Positions 48,401 to 60,781 of a stretch of DNA of 64,000 nt are shown one piece after another. The notes under the pieces were generated by a model, which was given only the letters and a program-made list of their open reading frames with translations, did no database searches and was not told the origin of the DNA. The stretch's first letter is position 1. Each line of letters starts with the position of its first letter. This DNA is from Utricularia gibba. Its lineage: Eukaryota > Plantae > Magnoliophyta. Where the stretch lies: the NCBI GenBank assembly GCA_002189035.1, contig CM007992.1:1426001-1490000 (forward strand). The letters are read 5' to 3'. The position numbers were made by a program, and so were the translations under genes.

Positions 48401-49026
48401 TCTTGGTGCAATTTGTAGATCCCCTTTTTGTATTCTGGTCTACAAATTTCATTGTTCTTACTTGTTGATGCATGCATCTACAGATAAAAATCTGAAACTG
48501 AAGATACCCGGATACTCAAGCGAACATAGGAATAAATCTGCAGGCCATGTAAGTTTACCATGTGCAATAGTTTTGGTATGCTATGTTTTTCGATTAAATT
48601 CAGTTAGAGAATCCCCATTCATGCCATTGGAACCCATGAACAAACCAAGACAGAGTACATCAGGTGATGAAAAGTTGCTTGGTTACTCATCTATCTCCAT
48701 GTATTTGTCTCGCAGCAAACAAGTGATGCCCATAAGAAGCGTCTGGATCTGGTAACCAATACTTGAAGCCCAGCAGCTTATTCCCACACGTTTCTCTAAA
48801 TTCATCTTGGCTTGTTGCATCCTTGTGTTGAAGTTGCTGCTGTCCTATTCAGTTATTAAACCACTCACTAGTGGCTTGATCTCAGATCCGGAACTTGATG
48901 GAGCAGTCTTGTGCTCCTAACCAGACGGCAAGGCAGGGACCCAGCTTCCAAGCGGTGCCGGAGAATGAGGTCTCCTCCTCACAACAAAATGGCCCTCAGA
49001 TGATGCAACACAACATCCGATCTTGA
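44948..49026 (+). CDS. TAF12b: TBP-associated factor 12b (EER4/CKH1-like)
   Basis: [72 protein letters not shown], histone fold [49 protein letters not shown]; last exon ends at TGA 49024-49026. The start codon is inferred. Confidence 0.92.
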
Positions 49027-49823
49027 GGCCACTAACATGGGCCTGCTGGAGTAGGAGCACATCAAATCCCTCCCTCCCTGTATCTATGTAATTATTTCAC
49101 ATGCCACCCCCCATCCCCATCCATTCAGATGCTGATTGATCTTGTAGGGTAGTTACATGGTCATATTCCTCGCTTCAAATTCTTATTCATTCGCATAAGC
49201 ATTCTTGACTTTCTACTTACTATAGCCAAGATATCAAATATATTTTTTAATTCTAATAATTTAAATACAACTTTAATTAAACTATTAATATTAGTTTAAT
49301 CATGGCGTGCAACCATCCATTCCTTGCCCCGTTCACTCACATCTCATCCTGTTTCATTGTCCATCTCCATTGACACAAATTTGTGAGATGACTGATAAAA
49401 GATTGAATAAATTATATTAATTAGATTCAGAAATTAATTATGTATTTATTATTGATTATAAAGTTTATACCAACTAATGATCACTTGTGTGTACAGCACT
49501 CTACAATAATTTTATGCGGCACACACACACACAAACACTCACACACAGAATTCAATATTTAATATCTTTTAAAAATTAAAACAACAAAATGAATTTCTTT
49601 AAATGATCATCTTTTTCACATGTGTCCGCTTTTATAATTCACCCCTCCTTGGCCATGTTATAACCAATGAATACCTCGTGTTTATATTGTTTTCATTTTG
49701 ATTAATATTATTTATTTTTATTTGAATAGTATAAATAAAAAAATACATATAAAATCTATTTTCAATTAATTTAATAAACAAATATAAACAAGATCAATGT
49801 TCAATTGTAATTGATTCTAATAT

Positions 49824-50341
49824 TGATGGGATATAAATCGGATGCAGTTAATCTGTCTTTGGAAAGCTGCCAAAAGGTGCTTTGATGGAATAGCGCAGGA
49901 TGACAGATCGATAATTGTCAGAATCTGTCAATAGCGGCTATGTTGCACAATCTGAAAAGTGGCCGAATTACGGAAAAGCAGACGGCGGTTATCTGAAAAG
50001 TAGGACCACAGTACATGCGTAGAAAGCAGCCGACATCTACATAATTCAGGATTCAGCCAGATCGACCTCTCCTATAAGCAAGAGTAATTCTGAAGGTGAA
50101 AGAGTTCGACTCTAAGCTCTCCAATTTGTATTTCTCTCCCCACCTCCATCTAGTGAAGATTTTTCTCCGGTGAGCTCTGATAGCTCTGTGGTTTTTTCGT
50201 CCTCCAGCGGTTTTCATGTAAAAAAAAACTTGTCTTTTCGAGTTCCTTATAGCACACGAACCTAAATCGGGTAGGCCGCGTCCGATCACGCCCATAACCT
50301 GAAAATCGGCCCAACCTTGACATAGATTTTTGCCTTCAACA
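49824..50341 (+). repeat. 5-prime LTR (518 bp)
   Basis: Starts TGATGGG, ends TTCAACA; roughly 85-88% identical to 58944-59459 by hand alignment. Confidence 0.95.
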
Positions 50342-50344
50342 TTT

Positions 50345-50362
50345 TGGCGCCCACCATGGGGC
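50345..50362 (+). other. Primer binding site, tRNA-Lys(CUU) type
   Basis: TGGCGCCCACCATGGGGC begins 3 nt after the LTR; one mismatch to the complement of the plant tRNA-Lys 3-prime end as I recall it (TGGCGCCCACCGTGGGGC). Confidence 0.8.
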
Positions 50363-50419
50363 AAGATCTATTGTCCCACTCGAGAAATCCACAGAAAACT
50401 ACTCACCAAATGCTCATCA

Positions 50420-51805
50420 TGGCAGAAAACAGCATGACCACCAACTCTGGCAACAAAGGGAGTGTCGGCATACAAGACCCCGGCCTCATGGTTATCAATA
50501 AGGAACAACTCAAAGCCTTTATGACGGAAATCTTCTCCGACCTTAAAGCATCCTCGGGGCTGAACTCTAGTGCACAAGAAGGAACACCCAAAACCGCATG
50601 ACGAGCAAAAAAACAACCCCTAATTCCGGAGTACCTCCTGGACACAGAGACTGAGTTCAAACCGAGGAAGAGATGTTGCGAAGGAAGAGGCGCAACCAAG
50701 TCATTTATGAGCCAGGAACGGATAGGGGAAACATGATTGGCAAAATCTTAGAAAAAAGGAAAGAAGAGCTGAGGAGAGAACTGGACCAGATTTGTGAGAG
50801 GAAAAGACTTATCGGTAGACAAACGCCGCCCAGGGAGAGAGAGAGTAGGGGCTTCAGAGATGCCTTTGACCAGAACGTGTGCACTAGGAGAGGAGATGTT
50901 TTGGCCGATATCAACTTTGCTCTAAGAAGCAGTGTTGAAGGAGTAGTGGCTACCTTGGCATTGCGCTTTGACCCCTTCTCGGATGAATTAATCGGGGAAG
51001 AACCAGAGAGAGGATTCAGGATCCCCAACGGACTACCCACGTATGATGGAAAAGGGGACCTCGTATCCCATGTGACTGGCTTTGACATGAGGATGGCAAT
51101 AGTCCGACATTCTGAAGCCATGAAATGCAAGCTGTTTGCTTGCTCGCTCAAAAAGGGAGCAAAGACGTGGTTCAAGCAGTTAGAACCATGCACTGTTGGA
51201 TCTTATCGGGAGTTGGTGTTGCTCTTCACTACCCGATACACTGTCAAGATTGAGGCTCCACCTTCAAAGGTAGCGCTATATTTTATTTGGTATGACCATC
51301 AAAAAGAGAGCTTGAGAAGATTCATCGACCGATTCAACTACTTAGCACAGGATGTTCAGTTGGATTTGAAGGAGAGGGTGGAAATAATGAAGCGGGCCCT
51401 AAGAATGTCCAAACTGGGGCAGAGTCTGTCTAAGTCCCCACTGAAGAACCTCGGAGAATTTCTAAGGAAGATCATGAAGTACATCCGAGTTGATGATGAC
51501 CTCAAGGCCGAAATGAAGAGCTGCGTAGAAATTTGGCCGATTTCGCAGCAAGAAGTGCAGCCCAACCTGGCCCCCCGGTCGAATAAGCGCCGTGAAGTGT
51601 ATCAGGTGGAACCGACTAGAACGGATACCTATTGTGAGATACACAAGACAACATGGCACGATATTGTCGACTGTCGGATAATGAAAAGGATGATCGAACG
51701 ATATCATGCTAGCGGTGGGGCAAACAGCACGACGCGGAACCCCGCATGAATGAGAGAACGAAAAAGGGGACGTAACCAATACCTGGGGAATGAAGGAAGT
51801 CGATA
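50420..51805 (+). pseudogene. Retrotransposon gag (Retrotrans_gag), interrupted
   Basis: LPTYDGKGDL..H...F, CKLFACSLKKGAKTWF..L..GSY.EL...F..RY, QKESLRRFIDRFN, YCEIHKTTWHDIVDCR; stops at ~50601 and 51749. Confidence 0.88.
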
Positions 51806-51976
51806 TCCAAAATAGTTGAGACTAAATCGTAGATTTAGTCCCAACTAACACTAAAATAACACAATTGCGGTACTTAAAAGCAAAAAATATAAAACTAGGT
51901 AGTAAAACTAAATTTTTGTAGCACAATATGAATCTTTTCCATGCACTCAATCACTTAAAAATATGTGTTATCAGTA

Positions 51977-53845
51977 GCCAAATGGGCGATCGAGTTAAGA
52001 AAAATGGATATCGAATTCAGATCGAGAACTGCGATCAAAGCCTAGCCTCTAGCCGATTTTGTGGTCGAAATGACCAGGCCTATCGACCGGTTCTTGGAAG
52101 CCAACGACCGATGGGCCATGTATGTCAATGATTCTACATATAACGGGGCTGGAAGTGGAATTGACATCCGAACTCGGGATAGGAAGTACATCCATATCAC
52201 GGTGAAATTCTTATTCCCCGCCTCCAATAACGTCGTTGAGTATGAGGCTTTGATTGAAGGAATGAAAATGGCCAAGGAACTTGGAGTTGCAGAGCTCGAC
52301 GTTTATACCGATTCACAGCTAGTGCAAGGACAATTTTCGGGTGAGTATGAAACCCATGACCCCCTAATGGCTCTGTATCATGTTAAGGTGAAGGAGTTGG
52401 TGAAGACTTTCAAGGAGTTTACCCTATCACATGTGGCATGCGAAGAAAATGGATCTGTGGACAGCCTCGCCCAGTTTGCCACAGGTTTTCTAGAGTTAAA
52501 AGAGGGGAGTGTGATGATCCGATTGCGGGATCAACCTTCATTAATCTTGCGGATAGTGAACCATATTACCCAGCAACCAGGAAATGACATCTCTTCGTAG
52601 CTAAGTCTCCTCGAAGATTGGATGTCGGCTTATATCTAGTATCTGCAAAACGGAGAAACACCATCTGACAAATTGGAAGCCCGAAAGTTGGAGATTAGGG
52701 CAAAGAGTTATACACTAGTAAGCGGAATTCTCTATCGGAGATCCTTCGATGGACCCCTACTGAAGTGTATCACGAAAGAACATTCTCAAGACCTTATTAC
52801 CGATTTGCACGAGGGAAAGTGCGGCAGTCGTGTTGGGATACGATCGCTATGCAGAAAGGCAATGAGAAGCGGGCACTATTGGACAACTATGAAACAAGAT
52901 ATTATTGAAGTGGTGAGGAAATTCAAGATATGCCAATATCATGCGAACACACCGAGAAAACCGGTAAACAAACTGACTACTCTATTGCTCTCGTACCCGT
53001 TTGATCGTTGGGGGCTGGATATCATGGGACCTTTCCCTCAAACCTCCGGCCAAAGGAAGTTTGTTATCGTGGGGATTGAATATTTCTCTATATGGGTAGA
53101 AGTGGAAGCCGTGGCAAAAATATCGGAAGAAACCGTTATCTGGTTTCTGTGAAGGAACATCTTCATCCGGTTCGGGGTACCCCGAGAACTCGCAACCAAT
53201 AATGGAACCCAGTTTGCTGGGGGGAAGATGGACGCATTCCTGGATAAGTATTCCATCAAGCACAACTTCACTTCGGTCTACCATCCTCAGAGCAATGACC
53301 TCACGGAGGTAACAAACCGAACGCCCAGACAAGGTATGAAAACTAAACTTGAGGACTTTGGAGGGTCTTGGGCAAACTGGTTGGATGAGGTGCTATGGTC
53401 ATATTGCACCACCCCTCGAACCACTACAGAAGAATTCCCCTTCTTATTGGTTTACGGATCGGAAGCAGTATGCCCAATTGAATTAAAGCTAAAGAGCTAT
53501 AGGGTGGAACACTATAACGAAGAGGAAAATGCCGATCTACGAAAACTAGAGTTGGAGTTGTTGGAGGAAAAAAGATAGAGTATTTATAGTTGACTAGGGG
53601 CTTATCAAAGAAGAACGGAAAAGAATTACAACAAGTCTGTATCCCCAAGGGAATTTTCGGAAGGAGACTTGGTGCTTCGAAGCATCCACCCACAAAGACA
53701 TGTGGGAAAATTAGACCGCAACTGGGAAGGACCTTATTGGATTTCAAAGGTAATCGGAAAAGAAGCTTATCACCTAGAACAGCTAGATGATGTGGAATTT
53801 CGAAGGTCATGGAATGCATCACATCTGAGGAAATTCTATGCCTAA
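51977..53845 (+). pseudogene. pol remnant: end of RT-RNase H, additional (archaeal-type) RNase H, integrase
   Basis: AKWAIEL..DIEFR.RTAIKA*.LADFVVEM; WAMYVNDS...ASNNVVEYEALIEG...YTDSQLV; HEGKCG, PFDRWGLDIMGPFP, NNGTQF, YHPQSN..TEVTNR, WEGPY..SWNASHLRKFY; several stops and frameshifts. Confidence 0.9.
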
Positions 53846-54017
53846 CCAGCCCAATATCAATCTCTATCACAAATTTTCACAAGTTTTGGTATTTTCTTCA
53901 TCAAAATAGTCAAGCAGCTATATATTCCTCCAAAGCGGAGATGAGTTGACAAAATCGTAAGCCCTGGCAGTGCCACGTAAACCTTGACAAACCTTCTAAG
54001 TCTGCGCCCCTTGATGG

Positions 54018-54570
54018 GCAAAGCAAACAAACTCGGGGCTCCCCCCGAAATATGTGATCCCCTAAACTCAGGCTCCAGTGATAAGGGTAAGCCCTGGCAC
54101 AACTCGGGCACCGGTTTCCGCAACCTCACGTGTAAGCCCCGAAAAAGCCCTTAAGTACAAATCTTACTGCCAAATCTTAAGACAACAAGAGCACCCAAAG
54201 CAAATCTGCCTATGTTTTTAAAACAATGGAATCTTGACCAGAAGTTGGCCCAGTCGGATTGGGGAAGTCGTTCAACCCATGAGGGGTCCCGATCCACTTC
54301 CCTAGCAGCGGTTCAGCTTGCGTAAGGAAGAGACTATGGCAAAAGGCATAAAACTTCCGAGTCATGTAAGCCCATGCAAATCTTATATGTCTATACCCCT
54401 CGATGGGCATAGCAAAGCATCCCGAGGCTCTCCCCCGAAGTATTGAATCCCTCAAACCCAGACACTAATGGCAATGGTAAGCCCTGGTACGAATCGGGCA
54501 TTGGCTTCCAAAAGCCATTCGCGTAAGCCCCAAAAAATCCCTAAGTAAAGATCTTGCTACCGAATCTCGA
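54018..54570 (+). repeat. Degenerate direct repeat (~390 bp period) in the retroelement 3-prime UTR
   Basis: 54018-54180 aligns with 54406-54570 (ggtaagccctggc/tac...gtaagcccc.aaaaa.ccc.taagta...atctt). Confidence 0.6.
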
Positions 54571-54907
54571 GATGGTAAGTGCACCCGAAGCAGATCCGAC
54601 TATGCCTTGAAAGCATAGAGATTTGGCCAGAAGAGGGTTTATTCGGATTGAGGATGCAACTTGACCCAAGAGGGGTTCCGAGTTATGTCCTTAGCAACGG
54701 TCTTGCACACGTGAGAAAAAACTTAGGCAAAAAAGCCCAGCCTAGTGATTGGAAAACCACGCAACTTGCAAATTGGAATAATCGATAAAAAGCAGAGGCA
54801 ATATGCAAAAACTAAGTAAACTGAAAGAAGGAATCCCAAACCGGGATCTCAAAATATACAAAAACCCCAAATCAGGGGCAAAAACATCAGTTTCAAAAGA
54901 AAGGAAT

Positions 54908-57164
54908 TTAAGGTTCAGGAAGAGAATTAGTTGAGGGGCCGACATGTCCCTCCATCCTCGCTCTTAGCTTGGCTTCATTCTCCCACCCAATCCTAGCCCA
55001 AATAAGTGCTATTAGGCGCTCCCGATCCACTTCAAACCCGAATTCCGGGGCTTGGAACACATCCGTGATAACGTCCAACATGTTTTCATCCTTCGTCAGG
55101 GGGTTTATCCTTTCAAAGCGTGGATCCGTGATCGACGACCCGAATTCTCGACTGAACTGGTGCCTTTGCCGGTATAAGAGCAAGCCGATTTAGTCCCCTT
55201 CATAAATATCCGAGAGCTTAGAAGCAGGCTGAGTTAACGAAATCATCCAAAAGCCCCTCCGAGATGCCTCTTGATTCAGTAATTCGGCCTCCAAGGCCGA
55301 AACACGATCCCGAGCGTGCTTCAACTCCGCTTCTGCTTCCTCAAGCATCACTTTGAAACCCTCCTTTTCGGAATTGGCATCATCGATTGCCTTCCCCATT
55401 TCATCGACCACATTCTGAAACTCCTCTTCCCGACGAGAACGCTTCCCGAGAATCATCCTCCGCAAACTCCCTTCCTCATCTAATAATTTCACTATGGCAT
55501 CTTAAACACTATATGGGCTTGAAGCCGGGTAACCTCCTCCGAGTGTGACCCCATCTACTTGGCCATCCCCCATCCGAAAGTCAAAGCCTAGAAAAAAAAT
55601 CACTCAGTTAGAAACCGGCTTACACAATTACGAGAAGGAATAAGATGAATACCTGCCAGATTCCCTTAAGCATAACTTCCGGTTGAAAGTCCAGAGGACT
55701 TGGCACAGCTTCGTCCAGTAGTCTCCTTAATTCGACTGGAAACGAAGATAGAGGGAACGCCGGATTGCCCCGTGTCTCAATTAGAGCATAATCACTCCAT
55801 ATCTCATTCGAAGGGCCGACGTTGAGGCATCAACCGAATTGAACTCCATACCGAGAACTGGGGGTTCAACGATCATCGGAGAAGGGAAGAGCTTCCCTTT
55901 GCCCTTTCTGGTTGAGGAAGGAGGGGGAGTCGGTTCCTGGCTCCCAGACACCTCAATCACTTGATCCCCATCCGAGGAGTGATTGGCGGCATCCGATTGA
56001 ACTTCAAGAGAATCAGCCTAGAAGGAAAGATAAAGTCGGAATTAGAGACTCATAATGACGGATCGCAAAAACCAAATAGACCTGTACAGAGGGGGCTACA
56101 TCGGATTCTTGCATCCGACGCATCTCAGCAGAGAAGCGCGCCATCACTGAATCCTCCAAAGCATTTCTTCATGCCATCTCTTCAACTGCATACGAAAATT
56201 GGGAAAGCAGTGAAACACGATAAATATATTGCAATTCAAGGAGGCAGAACCCGGCTACGTCTATGCTTCTTAGAAGGTTTATGTGCGCAAACCTTAACCC
56301 TTTTTCTTTTCTTTCGAGCTGAGGGCCAAGTGGAGGACTCAGGAACCAGAATAGAGGGGAGAGGGGTTATCGGTTCAGAAGCAGGAGGTGCTGCCGAATC
56401 AGAGGGAGCATTGTGTGGAGATTTTAAGAGATGACGATACTCTAACTCAGAGCCTAGACGAATAATGAAATTAGGCCACTGTCCATCCCGGTTGCGACCA
56501 AGAATCCCACAGGCCGATAAGGAATCTTGTGAAAGCATCAAGGCCCGAGACTCGAATCTAACAGAACATCCACCCAATCTATGATATACCTCCCTACGGG
56601 GCTCGTTAGAGGGACGAAAATGACCGAAAAGTTTTATCTTGAAAGGAGTGGGGGGTTTAATCAAAAAATTCCACCTAGCCCCCAGCGGGGAGCAACCCAG
56701 ATGAAGGAAGACCACCAGTTGTGATGAGTATTGGGAGCTTTTAAAATGAAATTGGGATGGTCTTCAAACCGGTGAAATTGGAAGTGGGAGAAACCGTGCA
56801 TCGGACATTTTGCTTTGCGGACTGCAACTTTGAAGAGTTGGAAAAAATCTACTAGCATCATATTCGGATCCATGCCGACCGAATAGAAGAGAAATGTGGT
56901 GAAATAGAAGATTGAATTTGGGGCGAGGCAATGGAACGGGATGAAAAACATGTTGAGAAATTGAACAAGTAAAGGGTGGAGCGGAAATCGTAGGCCACTT
57001 TCTAAGTAGGTAATGGGGATGGGAAGGCCGAAACGGGGAAGAGGCCTTTCCTCGGATCCCCAAGGAATCTGGCCATCCCTAGCCTGGGAAATAATGTATC
57101 CCTCCGGGATCGAGTATTTGGACCGAATAGCGGAGATATTCAACTCACTAGATTTCCTACCCAT
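54908..57164 (-). pseudogene. Antisense extra ORF of the Tat element (Transposase_28 / putative gypsy-type domain followed by a coiled coil)
   Basis: LESGLRFPLHPLLVQFLNMFFIPFHCLAPNSIFYF matches the family pattern; downstream KVMLEEAEAELKHARDRVSALEAELL coiled coil; split over several frames. Confidence 0.7.
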
Positions 57165-57231
57165 CTCGCTCTCGGGAGTCGTAAAAGGAAGGAGTTTTGA
57201 AGGGCGTGAAGGAAAAGAGTGGAAACCCTAA

Positions 57232-58558
57232 GGGAGTGTTTGGTTACAGGGTTATGATAGAATATGTTTAACTTACTTGGGTTTATATAAAGGTGATATG
57301 GATTTATGTAGTGTTTAGTTAGTAGGATTAGAATTGTGTTTTATACCATGTTTAGTTGATAGGATTGGGAAATAATGGAATTGTAATATGTTAATTTACC
57401 ATTTTAACCTTCCAATTAGGGTTTATATTTTGGGAACCAAAAATATTCTCATGTTGTCTTGCAACCATGCGGCCAAAGAAGGAGGACCTGTGCGGCCAAT
57501 GACGAGGTGTGTCCTCTTAACTTCAATTCTAATATTTTTCTTCTCTAACACTTGTTTATTGCATTTATTTTAGGGAGTGTGAAGTGAAGAAAATGAAACG
57601 AGGATGGATTCCAGAAGAAGAACGCGTGCTTCTTAATGGCTAATTGACACTAGTAGCTAACGGATGGAGAAGCAAGAATGGGTTTAAGCCTGGATTTCAT
57701 GGTGCTTTGGAATCATTTATTAGACAACATCTTCCAACTACTAGTTTGAAGGCGAACCCTCATATTGAGTCTAGGTAAAAACTTGGAAACGAGAATATTA
57801 CAAATTGGTAGATCTGTTATCACGTTCTGGAACAGGCTTTAATTCCACTACTAAGATGGTTGAAGGAACTAATGAATTTTGGTTGGAATTGCAAAAGGTT
57901 TGTGACAACATATTTCTCATAAATTTATTTTTGATTTCTAGAAAAATTTAATTGTTTTTGTATGTGTTCAGCATTCACCTCAAACTTACAAGGCCATACG
58001 GTTCAAAATATTTCCACTCTATGAAGAATGGGTTGAAATTTTTGGAAGTGATCGTGCGACTGGTGAGGGAGCAATACCCATCGATGATGAATCAATAAAT
58101 GACATCGAAGGTGCAACTACAGGGCTAGAGGAAGACTCACGAAATGAAAATGGTGTTTATTCTAATCTGAAAAGCCAACACTCTAATGATGAGTCAAGTT
58201 CGTTTTTTGAGGATGTATCTGCATGTAGCAAACAAGAAAGGCCAAACAAGAGAGGAAAACGAAAAAGAATAGCATATGATGACCAAGATTTTACTACGGA
58301 GCTTCGAGAGATGACTCAAGAAACCAATGCTATGTAGCTGCAAATATCATCTAAGCTAACTACTGAAAGTGATTTCCAACGTCAAGCAGCTATAATGATA
58401 CGAAGCATGCCTCTTCATATGTCTCCAATTGAGTTTATGAATATTTTAGAGGTTATAATTAATAACCCTGAAAAGCTGCAAAGTTTTCTAGCAATGACAG
58501 ATTCTGAAAAATTTAGGAAGAAGAAAGATTCAAAGACCTAGTGGAGCGCTAAACCAAT
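57232..58558 (+). mobile_element. PIF/Harbinger-like fragment carrying a Myb/SANT-like ORF, nested in the retroelement
   Basis: Left end TAA|GGGAGTGTTTGGTT; ORF remnant WIPEEERVLL..L..LVANGWRSKNGFKPG...LKANPHIESR.KTWKREY...SGTGFNSTTKMV...FPLYEEWVEIFGSDRATG with a GT-AG intron and stops. The right TIR is degenerate or missing and there is no DDE ORF. Confidence 0.7.
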
Positions 58559-58943
58559 CTAGGAATGCGAAAAAAGATATGGGGAAGGTGCGGATACCTG
58601 AAAAATTTGCAGTTTCCAGTGGGTAACACGGCAGCGAACACGGCGGAGTACAAAGAGCGCGGAAATCTCACGGGAGATAGAGAATGCAAAGGGGAGGAAT
58701 GACGGGAGAAGCGTGTATTTATAGGAGACGTATTTGGAAGATGAAACGATGCATCGTTTGAGGTACCCAAAATGAGCAGGAAAAAACGTGGAGCGCCCAA
58801 GAGACGACGTGTGGCGCAAAAGTCGATGTAAGTCGGGATGAGATTTGCTCATGAGAATCGGCACTCCCGATAGTGATATAGTAGTGATACTGATTCACCG
58901 ATTTATCCCGAGAGGCCAATATCAGTAAATCAGAGGGGTTGAA

Positions 58944-59459
58944 TGATGGGGTACAAATTGGATGCAGTTAATCGGTCCTTGAAAAGCTGTCAAAAGGTGC
59001 TTTGATGGGATAGCGCAGGACGACAGACTGATAATTGTCAAAATCTGTCAGCAGCGGCCGTGTTGCACAGTCTGAAAAGTGGCTGAATTACGGAAAAGTA
59101 GGTGGCGGTTATCTGAAAAGTAGGACCACAGTACAGGCACAGAAAACAACCGACATCTACAAAATTCAGGATTCGGCCAGATCGACCTTTGCTATAAGTA
59201 GAAGGAATTTTGAAGGTGAAAGGGTTCGACTCTAAGCTCTCCAATTTGTATTTCTCTCCCCACTTCCATTTAGTGAATTTTTTCTCCAATGAGCTCAAAC
59301 ATCTCCGTGGTTTTTCCATCCTTCGACAGTTTTCACGTAAAAAAACTTGTCTTTTTCGAGTTCCTTATAGCACACAAACCTAAATTGGGTAAGCCATGTC
59401 CGGCCACTCCCATAACCCGAAAATCGGCCCAACCTTGACACCGATTTTTGCCCTCAACA
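58944..59459 (+). repeat. 3-prime LTR (516 bp)
   Basis: Starts TGATGGG after purine-rich agagggg, ends CTCAACA, followed by TSD AATAT. Confidence 0.95.
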
Positions 59460-59853
59460 AATATTAATATCTCATTAAAATTTATTATTTTGCATTAATA
59501 TAAAATAATAATGTAAAATATATTATTAATTGATATATCAAGCATGTTGTGGTTATTCCTATAATATATGTGATATTCTAAATTATTTTTTGTATTAGTA
59601 GTTGAGATATAAATGATTTTAAGTCATTTTTTTCGATTCAAACATATAAAATAATAATTTATATTCAAAATATTATATTTATGTTGAATTACACCAAGTT
59701 TTAACTATAAAATAAGAATTATGATAATAAAATAATAATTATTAAATAAATCAATATATTTTATTTTTAAAATTGATATTCAATTATTTTTTATTATATA
59801 TTATATCAACACTTACTAATACAAAATTTTTGTATTTAAATTTGAATTTTATA

Positions 59854-59896
<43 letters not shown>

Positions 59897-60781
59897 TTAT
59901 TTATTTATAAATATTCGTCAATGATTGTAAACATATATAAATTTTCATTTGGTAAAATTAAATAAATGAATACAAATATAAGTATTAGTATTCATTCATT
60001 CGATATAACTACAATAGCCAAAGATTTCTAGATGTGGAAGTACAACTTTTTACATGATTGAACACTTGTTATTTTTGACTGATAATTTATCTTAATTATA
60101 ATTAATTTTTATAAAGAAAAATATGACTCGATTGATTGATTAATCAATTTATTTCCAAATTTTTTGAGCCATCGATTAATTCGTTTTTTTAAAAAAAATT
60201 AATGGTTAAAAAATACGCGTTGAGAGCCGACACTCAACAATTAGAGGAATACGATGCTTATCCTTGTAATTAAGGTTCTTTATTTTATTTGGCCTAATAA
60301 CGTATAATATATATATTTTTAATATGAAATTCAACAGCATACGTCACCAAACAAAGACATGTCAGAGTTTCTTAATATAAAATCATTAAATTTATTATAT
60401 ATTAAAAACGGGAGAAAATAAATGTGTTTGTCAATTTTCAAGAATAATAAAATGGTTTGAGATATACAATTTTTATTTTTATAATTTATTAAATTATATC
60501 AAATAAACCCTTATAAAATATATTTATCATATCAATCATTTATGGAATACAACTCTAAAATTTATAAAATATGACAATAATAAATATGAATACATAAAAC
60601 TAGTTGACATTTTTTGTACTCAAACACCAATCAATAATACAATAATTATTCAAAAAATAAAAAAAACACTGCAAATATTGGAATTATCTGATACAACTAA
60701 TTCGACGTATATTGAATATTGGCAGAGGTTGTAGCGGTTGGAGTGGAGCCAAGTTTCGTCGTTGAGGGCGAGGCTGCACTG

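Larger units (their letters stand above)
49824..59459 (+). mobile_element. Ty3/gypsy LTR retrotransposon, Tat/Retand-like lineage, non-autonomous
   Basis: TG...CA LTRs at 49824-50341 and 58944-59459; 5 bp TSD AATAT on both sides (49819-49823, 59460-59464); PBS; gag, extra RNase H and integrase in gypsy order; long 3-prime region with an antisense ORF. Confidence 0.95.
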
